Origin: a virus
IMG/VR virus record: IMGVR_UViG_3300029812_000326
Coordinates: 44,871 to 108,870 of that record
Length of the DNA: 64,000 nucleotides
Strand: one strand, 5' to 3'
This document shows, piece after piece, positions 40,150-48,228 of this stretch. Position 1 is the stretch's first letter. Each line of letters starts with the position of its first letter. The translations under genes were made by a program, and so were the position numbers. The notes under the pieces are model-generated. The model was not told the DNA's origin, made no database searches, and saw only the letters and a program-made list of their open reading frames with translations.

Positions 40150-40695
40150 ATGGGTAGAAAATTACTTAATTTAACTGGGCAAAGATTTGGAAGATTAATT
40201 GTTTTAAAATTTGCTGGTAGGAATAAATTTAGTCAAACCCGCTGGCTATGTAAATGTGATTGTGGAATGGAAAACATTGTTTCCAGTGTGAATTTAAGAA
40301 ATGGAAATACAAAAAGTTGTGGATGCTTGAGGAACGAAACTGCATCTCAAACATGTAAGAAACGCTTGGAATCTAATCATCCTCGATGGAAAGGCTTTAC
40401 ATACGATAGTAATGGATATGTTTTAATTCATCTTGGAAGAAAAAAATATATACGTGAGCATATTCTTGTAATGGAACAACATTTAGGAAGAAAATTATTA
40501 AAAGATGAAAATATTCATCATAAGAACGGAATCAGGGATGATAACCATTTGGAGAATTTGGAATTATGGACACATGCCCATCCTTGTGGTCAAAGAGTTT
40601 CAGATATGATTAAATTCTGTGAAGAATATTTAATTCAATATAATCCGTCTAGAATAAAAAAATTAAAGTATAATGATTTAATCAATTATAACTAA
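40150..40695 (+). CDS. HNH homing endonuclease (family C) inserted between tail-fibre ORFs
   Basis: LTGQRFGRL...WLCKCDCG...SCGC N-terminus; EHILVME.HLGR.L...ENIHHKNGIRDDNHLENLELW. Confidence 0.9.
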   Translation: MGRKLLNLTGQRFGRLIVLKFAGRNKFSQTRWLCKCDCGMENIVSSVNLRNGNTKSCGCLRNETASQTCKKRLESNHPRWKGFTYDSNGYVLIHLGRKKYIREHILVMEQHLGRKLLKDENIHHKNGIRDDNHLENLELWTHAHPCGQRVSDMIKFCEEYLIQYNPSRIKKLKYNDLINYN

Positions 40696-40715
40696 GAGAA
40701 AGGAGGTGAAATCGC

Positions 40716-41249
40716 TTGAGTTTCACTACATTTAAATACAGCGTTGCTCGAGGTCGGTTTGAATTCACGGCTCCAGCTCAGATTTCAGGAGAATTATATG
40801 TTGATGGCTCTGGAATGTTCGAAGATGATATTTATTTACATTATAAGGGTCCAGATGGAGATCAATATATATTCTTCTATGATGATAGTGCGCCTGATAA
40901 CGAATGGCTGAAATGGGACGAAGCGGATGATCGTTTTGAATTCAGCAATGATCTTTATGTCGAAGGTGCTGGACTCATTTCAGAAATATCCGGACATGCA
41001 TATGCTGCTGAAGGCGATACATTGGATGTTGTATGCGGCAGAGGGCATGAAACGCAATATGATATCCATAGTTCTGGAACGATTACCGCCGATGTAGATC
41101 TGGATGCTGGAGTGGACGTGAATGCCGGCGGTGATATAAATGCTGGTGCGGATGTGACTGCAGGTGGAGATGCAAAAATCGATGGAAATGTCCATGTCAA
41201 TTTTGATGCAGGTGCCGGCGATCCAACGGTTTTCTTTTATTATTCCTGA
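40716..41249 (+). CDS. Tail fibre, part 2 (begins and ends mid-repeat)
   Basis: AGGAGGTG RBS with TTG start; begins MSFTTFKY...RFEF and ends PTVFFYYS*; one TLDVVC...DIHSSG repeat. Confidence 0.75.
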   Translation: MSFTTFKYSVARGRFEFTAPAQISGELYVDGSGMFEDDIYLHYKGPDGDQYIFFYDDSAPDNEWLKWDEADDRFEFSNDLYVEGAGLISEISGHAYAAEGDTLDVVCGRGHETQYDIHSSGTITADVDLDAGVDVNAGGDINAGADVTAGGDAKIDGNVHVNFDAGAGDPTVFFYYS

Positions 41250-41250
41250 T

Positions 41251-41289
41251 TAAGAATAGCAAATGGGACTTGCTTTCTTATTCTTTTCT
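41251..41289 (+). terminator. Hairpin plus U-rich tract right after the part-2 stop; candidate intrinsic terminator/attenuator
   Basis: TAAGAATAGCAA (41251-62) pairs with TTGCT-TTCTTA (41270-80), followed by TTCTTTTCT. Confidence 0.45.
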
Positions 41290-41298
41290 GGAGGAAAT

Positions 41299-41400
41299 AT
41301 GTTTGAATATTTTAAATGGTCTAGGAAATTTGATTGTTGTATTGAATATGGAACCGTAGAAAGACCGTATTATGCTAAAGGATTTGGAGCGATAAAATGA
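41299..41400 (+). pseudogene. N-terminal fossil of a family-A HNH (33-aa mini-ORF)
   Basis: GGAGG RBS; MFEYFKWSRKFDCCIEYGTVERPYYAKGFGAIK*, compared with KWSQKYGDCCIECGTTEIPHKGHG; ATGA overlap with 41397. Confidence 0.75.
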
Positions 41401-43070
41401 GTTTGGAATATCTGAAATTTAACATTTCTAATGACAGATTTGAATTCAGTGATGATATACATATTTCTGGATGCGGATCTTTCTGTGAATTATCTGGGTC
41501 TTACTATGGATTATCTGGAGATTATATCTCTCATCGTGATGATACATCTAATCCTCACGAAGTAACATTTGATCAAGCCAGAGATCAACAGGGAGGCTCT
41601 GACGTAACATTGGCAGAACTTGAAGAATTGACCGATGGCTCTGTAACTGTATTGCATGCTCATGCTGGCGGCGGAGCAGATACTTTGGATAATGTTTGTG
41701 ATCGGGGAAATGAGACAAACCAAGATATACATAGCTCGGGCACGGTGTATGCTGATCGTTCCCTAATGACCGATGGTGATGTAGAAATCGCCGATGATTT
41801 GAATGTTGGTGATGATGCATCCATATCGGGCGATTTACATGTTGTGGGCACTTTCTATACGGATGGTGAAATTCATGCTGGTAATTCTATTTTTGCGACA
41901 GGCGATTTAAAAGCAACTAATAATCTTTATTTAAATAGCAATAATGATAATCAAGATGCTGTTGTTCATTTTTACAAACCCACTGCAGGCGAAGAAACTC
42001 TGAGATGGGATAAAACAGATCTTCGTTTTGAATTTAGTGATGATTTACAAGTTCAAGGCAAATTATTAGTTGATAATTCAGGAACATTTGAAACGGGATT
42101 ATTTTCAAAAGATGATGTTTATTTTTCTCGCGATCTTTACATTGAAGAGGATATTCTCTGTGAATGGGATGCTTATATAAAAAGTTTAATTCTTAATAAA
42201 AACTTTCACAATACTACTGCGCAAATTATTTTCAGAAAACCTACTTCTGGATTTGAATCTTTAACATGGAATAAAGGTACAAATAGATTTTTATTGAGTA
42301 ATGATTTACAAATTCAAGGTGATCTTTATATAGATGAATCCGGAACATTCGGCGATCAAGTAGTAGTTGACGCATCAGGAATTTATTATGAAGCGAATGA
42401 TCAACATACTCACATATCTGATTTCCTTGCTGGATTGCCTGGGCTTATGTTTAATACATCATCGGAGAAGTGGCAATATTGTAATGATGGCTCTACTTGG
42501 GCGGATATTGGGAGTGGTGGTGCCGGTGCTGGAAGCATACTTCTTCCTGTTGAAGGCGCCGCTCTTGGTGATGGAACAGTTGGTTCAGCTGCGCCGGCTC
42601 TAAGTCTTGTTACAACTTCGGATGCCGATGATCCTCAGTGCAGAACATTTTGCCTACGATTTGATGCCAGCACGGATGAACATTGCTTCTGGCAATTCCG
42701 ACTACCTGCTGATTATAGTTCTGGCGGAAGACTTAAAGTTCAATTTTATAATGTTAGTGCTCAATTAAATGATATAAAAACTGCACAATTTGAAGGATGT
42801 CTCCAAGCTGTAACTCCTGGTGATGCAACAATTATGACTGCTCTTGATCTGACAACGGATGGTGGTGGTTGGGTTGGAACACTTAAGACCTTGACATCGG
42901 GCACAACAGCTGGAAGATTATATGAATCATCTATTGATATGGCTTCCAATCTCGATGGAATGGTTGCTGGAGATTTTATACAATTTGGATTAAGAAGAGA
43001 TGTTAGTGATGACGATGCTACAGGAGATATGGCAGTGATTGCAGTAACATTCGAATATAACTATGCATAA
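41397..43070 (+). CDS. Tail fibre, part 3 (distal; C-terminal beta-sandwich head)
   Basis: Begins MSLEYLKFNISNDRFEFSDD (second half of the repeat); H..DTSNPHEVT knot motif; further repeats; about 12 SG. Confidence 0.75.
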   Translation: MSLEYLKFNISNDRFEFSDDIHISGCGSFCELSGSYYGLSGDYISHRDDTSNPHEVTFDQARDQQGGSDVTLAELEELTDGSVTVLHAHAGGGADTLDNVCDRGNETNQDIHSSGTVYADRSLMTDGDVEIADDLNVGDDASISGDLHVVGTFYTDGEIHAGNSIFATGDLKATNNLYLNSNNDNQDAVVHFYKPTAGEETLRWDKTDLRFEFSDDLQVQGKLLVDNSGTFETGLFSKDDVYFSRDLYIEEDILCEWDAYIKSLILNKNFHNTTAQIIFRKPTSGFESLTWNKGTNRFLLSNDLQIQGDLYIDESGTFGDQVVVDASGIYYEANDQHTHISDFLAGLPGLMFNTSSEKWQYCNDGSTWADIGSGGAGAGSILLPVEGAALGDGTVGSAAPALSLVTTSDADDPQCRTFCLRFDASTDEHCFWQFRLPADYSSGGRLKVQFYNVSAQLNDIKTAQFEGCLQAVTPGDATIMTALDLTTDGGGWVGTLKTLTSGTTAGRLYESSIDMASNLDGMVAGDFIQFGLRRDVSDDDATGDMAVIAVTFEYNYA

Positions 43071-43097
43071 ACAATGGCTATTTGAATAGGAAAATCT

Positions 43098-43784
43098 ATG
43101 AGTATAGAATTTACAAATGCAGCTTCAAAATATGCGTGGGTTGATAGAACACCATTTGAAATAAATGGACCTTTGACTGTGTCTCTTTGGCTTTACGTAA
43201 AAACTCTTACGGCCTGGAATGGAATTTATACTATGGGACTAAATTCAGGTATAAATCTCTTTATGACAGATGGTATTAAATTGCGATCATTTGTAAGAGA
43301 AAAAACACCCATTCGATGGCAATTCAATGATTCAACAAATAATATTAATGCAAATCAATGGTATCACGTTTGCCAAGTTGTAACAGCAGATAATATGCAT
43401 CTTTATATAGATGGAGTTGATCAAGAAGCAATCAGTCCTGGAGGATATGGAGGGGATATAAATTATCCAGATGTTTATGATTGGCGCATCAGTGGATATA
43501 ATGATCAAGAATTTGATGGTATGATAGAAGATTTAGCTTATTGGAATAAGGAGCTTAGTATAGCACAAATTCTTTTATTGGCTAAATCTTATAAGAAAAG
43601 AATACCATTACAAATTCAACCTGCTAATTTGATGCTTTATCTTCCATTTGATGAAGCAAATATTGGAGCTGCATATGGAACAGCGTATGATTGGAGTGGT
43701 AATGGACGGAATGCAACACCAAGCGGTCCTCCAATAGGAGCAAAAGGAATTTTATCTTATCCGTCAAAGATCGTTATGGTATAA
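43098..43784 (+). CDS. LamG/concanavalin-A-like domain protein
   Basis: LTVSLWL...NQWYHV...LYIDG...FDGMIEDLAYWNKELS...YLPFDE...AYDWSGNG. Confidence 0.85.
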   Translation: MSIEFTNAASKYAWVDRTPFEINGPLTVSLWLYVKTLTAWNGIYTMGLNSGINLFMTDGIKLRSFVREKTPIRWQFNDSTNNINANQWYHVCQVVTADNMHLYIDGVDQEAISPGGYGGDINYPDVYDWRISGYNDQEFDGMIEDLAYWNKELSIAQILLLAKSYKKRIPLQIQPANLMLYLPFDEANIGAAYGTAYDWSGNGRNATPSGPPIGAKGILSYPSKIVMV

Positions 43785-43787
43785 AAT

Positions 43788-44354
43788 ATGATTGATCATA
43801 TTGTAGGCATAGATGAAGTTGGAAGAGGCTGTTTAGCCGGTCCAGTCGTTGCATGTGCAATTATGACCAACTATTCTGCAATTCCCCTATGTTGTCGGGA
43901 TTCTAAGAAATTTACTGAAACCCGCAGGAAATTCGTGGCCCGCATATGTCTTCCCTACGTAAATAAAATAGCATTTGGAACGATTTCAAATGAAATTATA
44001 GATGAATTTGGCATTAAAAATGCTACGAAGTTAGCTATGACCAGAGCATATGAAAAACTTAATCCCAATCATGATATTGTATACATCGATGGCATAGATG
44101 GAATAGGAATCAAAGATGAAATTGTTGTGCCTCATGGAGATGACCTAATTCCCTGGATATCATTGGCTTCCATATATGGCAAAATCTATAGAGATTTCAT
44201 AATGATTCAGTATTCTGAGATGGAAGAATACAAAATGTACAATTTGGATAGGAACAAAGGCTATCTTACGCATGAGCACAAAGTGGCGATTGATAGGTAC
44301 GGATTGTCGAATATTCACCGACAATCATTCAGTTGGGAGAATTCTTGGAAATAA
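43788..44354 (+). CDS. rnhB: Ribonuclease HII
   Basis: GIDEVGRGCLAGPVV, DSKK, IDG, GD...ISLASIYGK.YRD, NKGY.T..H and HRQSF motifs. Confidence 0.92.
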   Translation: MIDHIVGIDEVGRGCLAGPVVACAIMTNYSAIPLCCRDSKKFTETRRKFVARICLPYVNKIAFGTISNEIIDEFGIKNATKLAMTRAYEKLNPNHDIVYIDGIDGIGIKDEIVVPHGDDLIPWISLASIYGKIYRDFIMIQYSEMEEYKMYNLDRNKGYLTHEHKVAIDRYGLSNIHRQSFSWENSWK

Positions 44355-44437
44355 CGCGGATTTACATTGCAAAAGTCCCAGAATTGATCGAGCGTGGAAA
44401 TAAGGATGGAAGATGGCTTTCAAAGAAAAGGGGAATC

Positions 44438-44464
44438 TGGCATCCTATGCCATGTATTTTTTAA
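44438..44464 (+). terminator. Possible weak terminator between the convergent modules
   Basis: TGGCAT-CCT-ATGCCA hairpin followed by TGTATTTTTT. Confidence 0.3.
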
Positions 44465-44509
44465 TGCTTTAATATCACAATTTTAATTACTTTGTAGTCA
44501 TATAAAAAT

Positions 44510-45577
44510 TCAATCCGATTCATAATACGAGCTCCGCGGGGATTTGACCAATAATTCATTAAAAAATTTGATGAATTCAACGGCAATTTTTTCTGGGGAA
44601 TATTTTTTTGCATATTGAATCATTTTTTGTTGCACGGTTTGAGATTTTTCTTTATCATGAAAAAGTTCAATTAATAATTGATGTAAATTATTTACATTTT
44701 GATATTTAATTACTTCATCGGAAAATAAATGGAAAAAATCCGATCCATCTGGTACCAATATTGGACATCCCGCTCCAATTATTTGAAATGCTGTAGATGA
44801 AACAACGCCATAATCTTTTTTTATGAATTTATGCAATACAATAGCATCTGAAGCGGATATGTAATCATCAAATCTTCGATGAGACAATATTTCTTGTCGA
44901 ATAATCATCCAGGATGACATATTTGATTTTTCAAAAAATTTCTTATCAGGTGAAGCAAGAATAAGCAAAATTGATTCATCTTTCAAATTATCGGATAAAT
45001 ATCGAAGATATAGTTCATATCCTCTTTGACAAAATGAAAGAATTATCCGTTTATCTTGAGGCAAATTTAATTTTTTCCTGGCATCTTGTTTATTTCTTTT
45101 TCTTATTGGAAAACAAGGAAAAGGAATTAATTGAGCATTTGAATAAATTTTCTTTAGAAATTCCTGACGTTCAGTAAAATATATTACGCCATCCCAAAGG
45201 AATTGATAAAAATTAGGATTATTTGGCAGTTGATTTTCATGAACAATTTGAATTATAATTTTGCTACGTCTATAAATATTGGGAATAATTTTTATTAATT
45301 TTTCCATTGGAAATATCATAATATCTTGAATTATGAAAACATCGAATTCTTGAGATAAAATGGGTGCTGGATCAAGAAAATTGGTTTGTTGGGTGCCTAT
45401 GCAACGGATTACATAATTTTCATCTTTGTTAGTAATATGGGTACCATGAAAATCATTTTTAATAAAGGTAAAGATGGTAAGTTCATGCCCCATTTCAATC
45501 CAGCTTTTTCCAATTGATTCTGCATGAATAGCAACTCCGCTATCTGTGTTCCAAGCGGACAGCATGCCTATTTTCAT
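44510..45577 (-). CDS. GT-B fold (GT4-like) glycosyltransferase
   Basis: MKIGMLSAWNTDSGVA.H...GHEL; IVHE; IPFP...ARKKLNLP; YISASDAIVL...SS......GAGCPILV. Confidence 0.85.
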   Translation of the reverse strand: MKIGMLSAWNTDSGVAIHAESIGKSWIEMGHELTIFTFIKNDFHGTHITNKDENYVIRCIGTQQTNFLDPAPILSQEFDVFIIQDIMIFPMEKLIKIIPNIYRRSKIIIQIVHENQLPNNPNFYQFLWDGVIYFTERQEFLKKIYSNAQLIPFPCFPIRKRNKQDARKKLNLPQDKRIILSFCQRGYELYLRYLSDNLKDESILLILASPDKKFFEKSNMSSWMIIRQEILSHRRFDDYISASDAIVLHKFIKKDYGVVSSTAFQIIGAGCPILVPDGSDFFHLFSDEVIKYQNVNNLHQLLIELFHDKEKSQTVQQKMIQYAKKYSPEKIAVEFIKFFNELLVKSPRSSYYESD

Positions 45578-45589
45578 CTGTTTCGCCTT

Positions 45590-45910
45590 TTACTTTTGAT
45601 GTAATATTAATCGCCGTTTTAACCAAGATATTACGGCGCTTCTGAAGCTTCTCAATATCTTTTTCTCATTAGTATGTTTTTTATCAGATTCAATAAGAAC
45701 TTTTTTCATAATATTTTCAAGATCTAAACTGATATCTCGGGACGAACAGTAATCAAGCATTACAGAAATATCAATGCATTCTTCTTCAAGTTGCCTTATG
45801 AATAATGTAGTATCGGCGCTTGTATCTGGGAGCATTCCGCCAAGGAGTCTGACATATTTATGAATGTATTCGTTATATTTTAAGATTGGCTCGCCCGCTT
45901 CTTTACACAT
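45590..45910 (-). CDS. Hypothetical protein between the glycosyltransferases
   Basis: 106-aa ORF, co-oriented, overlapping the upstream GT stop. Confidence 0.5.
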   Translation of the reverse strand: MCKEAGEPILKYNEYIHKYVRLLGGMLPDTSADTTLFIRQLEEECIDISVMLDYCSSRDISLDLENIMKKVLIESDKKHTNEKKILRSFRSAVISWLKRRLILHQK

Positions 45911-48219
45911 TCTTCGTGTGCTTTTTTATAGATCTCTGAATATTTCCGTCCTAAAATTTTCCAAGATCTAGTTTTTTGATATTCTTTAACTTTATCCAAT
46001 TCTTTATTGTAAATTTGTTGGTTTTCGTATAATTTTGTTATCTCTTCTGCCAAAGCTATAGAATTAAAATTACCATGAGGGAAATTCTTAACATCATAAA
46101 ATGCTGGTGAACTGCTTGTTATTATTGGAGTTCCTGCGCCCAGACATGTGCATGCTGCGCCAGAAACTCCTTGACATTTCATAATGGCATACATAAATAA
46201 ACCAATATGAGATCTGGCACATAATTCTGATACTTCTTGATCAGATAGGAAATTTTCGATAAGTTTTACATTTGTATTCTTTGACATTGATCTTATATGT
46301 TCCAAATATTTTTGTTGCGTTCCCGATTTATCTCCTGGATGAACTGAAGTTTGAAGAATAATTTCATGTGGGAATTTTAAATATTTATCGCAATCAACGA
46401 CCAATTCAAATCCTTTTGATGGATGAGCAAATCCTGAGCTAATGATTGTGAACTTGGAAAATCTTTCTTTGTCAGATTTATATGAATCGCAACCATGTGG
46501 GATCACCATCACCTTCTTTCTAAATGAAGGCCATTGTTCTAATATATCGGCAAAGAATTGATTATGCACAATTGGAATAGAGTGTTTAGACCATTCTATT
46601 ATCTCTTCAAAATATTGGATATTTTGGCTGTCAGTTGAAGTTGGACATGTGTGATGAGTAATAAAAATCGGTATTCCCATATCGTGCATTGCAGATATAA
46701 ATGCTCTAAATCTAGGTTTATTCGCCCAATATAATGCCCATTCATTCTGGATGTGAATTACATTGATTCCTTCTTTTCGAATTATTTCATACGTATTTAT
46801 AAGTTCGCTGGGATTTTTGGACCAACATGGAATGGCTTTAAGTGTACTCTGTTCTTTTGGATCCATTGTATCAGCCGCTAATATGATAGGATTAGGTTCG
46901 ACGTGTTGATATGAATTTCTACTATAGCGTGCGATTCCACATCGCTCATTCCATGTTGTCATCACTCCGACCTTAAGTTCTTCAGGAACTTTGTATTTGG
47001 GGAATTTTTTCTTTTCAAGAATCATAGGAGAAACAAAGGCAGTATTTTTCGAAGTATCAATTTGTTCTAAAAATTCATCCCAACGTTCATATTGTTTTTC
47101 CCAAGTATGATTTTTGGCGAATTCAATTCCACTCTTTGAATACTGGTTTCTCAATTTTTCATTTTTGTATAATTTATATAATTTTTTCGCAGCATATTGG
47201 ACATCGGGTATTTGCATCAATTGTCCTGTTATTATCTCGGGATACTTCGCTTTAACCTTGACAGGTTCACCAAATTGATATGCATATTCTTTAAACGAAT
47301 TAGCATTTGTAAATACCATTGGCACACCACATGCTGCACTTTCTAAAGCAGTGATACCGAATCCTTCTCGTGAAGACAGCAAAATTTGAACGTCGGCAGC
47401 ATTATAGATTAAATTTACCTGTTCGGGCGTAATACCATGACCAACTTTAAGATTTGATAATACAGCTTTATCGTTTAAATCATATCGATTAACAAATTCT
47501 TTCAAATCATATCCGCGAGCTTCGTGGAAATTACAATGAAAATATATTTTTGAGTTTGGAATATTTGCCAATTTGAATGCTTCCATTGCTCCACATGGGT
47601 TTTTTCTCATCCCATTTCGACTGATAAATAACACAACAAATGCATTTTCGTCACCAACCAATTGTTTTTTGAGTTGTTTCTTCGTTATTTCGCCCAATGG
47701 CTTAAATATATCTGGTTCATATCCCGGATAGATTACGGTTTTCACCAGATCATGACCACAAAGTTTTCGAATTTCGTCTTTACAGAATTTTGTTTGACCA
47801 ACAACGTGATTGAATTCTTCCATTGTTCGAATCCAATCAATAGTTTCGAATGGGGTTCGCATTATTTTGGGAGATCCTTCACTATCTATTGGACTATACC
47901 ATATTGATTGAAATGAATTTCTCCCTTTGAATTTTGAAATATAATAAACCATCCAAAGATCTCCAGTTGTCCACACAATATCAGGTCTGAATTCTTCAAT
48001 CACTTTTGGAAACAGTTTAAGACCCCATTTATCTCTTTGATCGGTGGCATTATAAACCTTAAATGGCATTTTTTCCATGTCTCCTCGGGCCCACCAACCC
48101 ATGTATTGAATCTCATGTCCTTGTTCATGCCAATGAGTAGCTAGATGTCGTCCAATGGTACCATATCCACTGGTGAGCTGTGGTGCGTCTGTTATCATTA
48201 AAATTTTATGTTTTTTCAT
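45880..48219 (-). CDS. Double GT-B (GT4-like) glycosyltransferase with two tandem modules
   Basis: Module 1: ITDAPQLTSGYG...RKN...YNAADV...SSREGFGITALESAACGVP. Module 2: VGVMTTWNERCGIARYS...HIQNE...IPHG...GFAHPSKG...SGA...LGAGTPII. Confidence 0.9.
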   Translation of the reverse strand: MKKHKILMITDAPQLTSGYGTIGRHLATHWHEQGHEIQYMGWWARGDMEKMPFKVYNATDQRDKWGLKLFPKVIEEFRPDIVWTTGDLWMVYYISKFKGRNSFQSIWYSPIDSEGSPKIMRTPFETIDWIRTMEEFNHVVGQTKFCKDEIRKLCGHDLVKTVIYPGYEPDIFKPLGEITKKQLKKQLVGDENAFVVLFISRNGMRKNPCGAMEAFKLANIPNSKIYFHCNFHEARGYDLKEFVNRYDLNDKAVLSNLKVGHGITPEQVNLIYNAADVQILLSSREGFGITALESAACGVPMVFTNANSFKEYAYQFGEPVKVKAKYPEIITGQLMQIPDVQYAAKKLYKLYKNEKLRNQYSKSGIEFAKNHTWEKQYERWDEFLEQIDTSKNTAFVSPMILEKKKFPKYKVPEELKVGVMTTWNERCGIARYSRNSYQHVEPNPIILAADTMDPKEQSTLKAIPCWSKNPSELINTYEIIRKEGINVIHIQNEWALYWANKPRFRAFISAMHDMGIPIFITHHTCPTSTDSQNIQYFEEIIEWSKHSIPIVHNQFFADILEQWPSFRKKVMVIPHGCDSYKSDKERFSKFTIISSGFAHPSKGFELVVDCDKYLKFPHEIILQTSVHPGDKSGTQQKYLEHIRSMSKNTNVKLIENFLSDQEVSELCARSHIGLFMYAIMKCQGVSGAACTCLGAGTPIITSSSPAFYDVKNFPHGNFNSIALAEEITKLYENQQIYNKELDKVKEYQKTRSWKILGRKYSEIYKKAHEECVKKRASQS

Positions 48220-48228
48220 GAAATTCCC

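Noticed and set aside
40128-40715. Group I intron carrying the HNH within the tail fibre
   Set aside because: Only about 20 nt flank the HNH ORF on each side, too little for a ribozyme core, and the downstream ORF has its own strong RBS. RT-PCR is still the decisive test.
41244-41397. T4 gene-60-style ribosomal bypass (stop plus hairpin) joining the fibre ORFs
   Set aside because: No matching take-off/landing codon (TCC or CCC) in frame just before the downstream starts, and the first gap (~590 nt) is far longer than known hops.
33850-43784. Diversity-generating retroelement or invertible cassette acting on receptor-binding genes
   Set aside because: No reverse transcriptase or recombinase in the window, and I saw no near-identical TR/VR pair or inverted crossover sites; similarity among the genes is at the diverged protein level.
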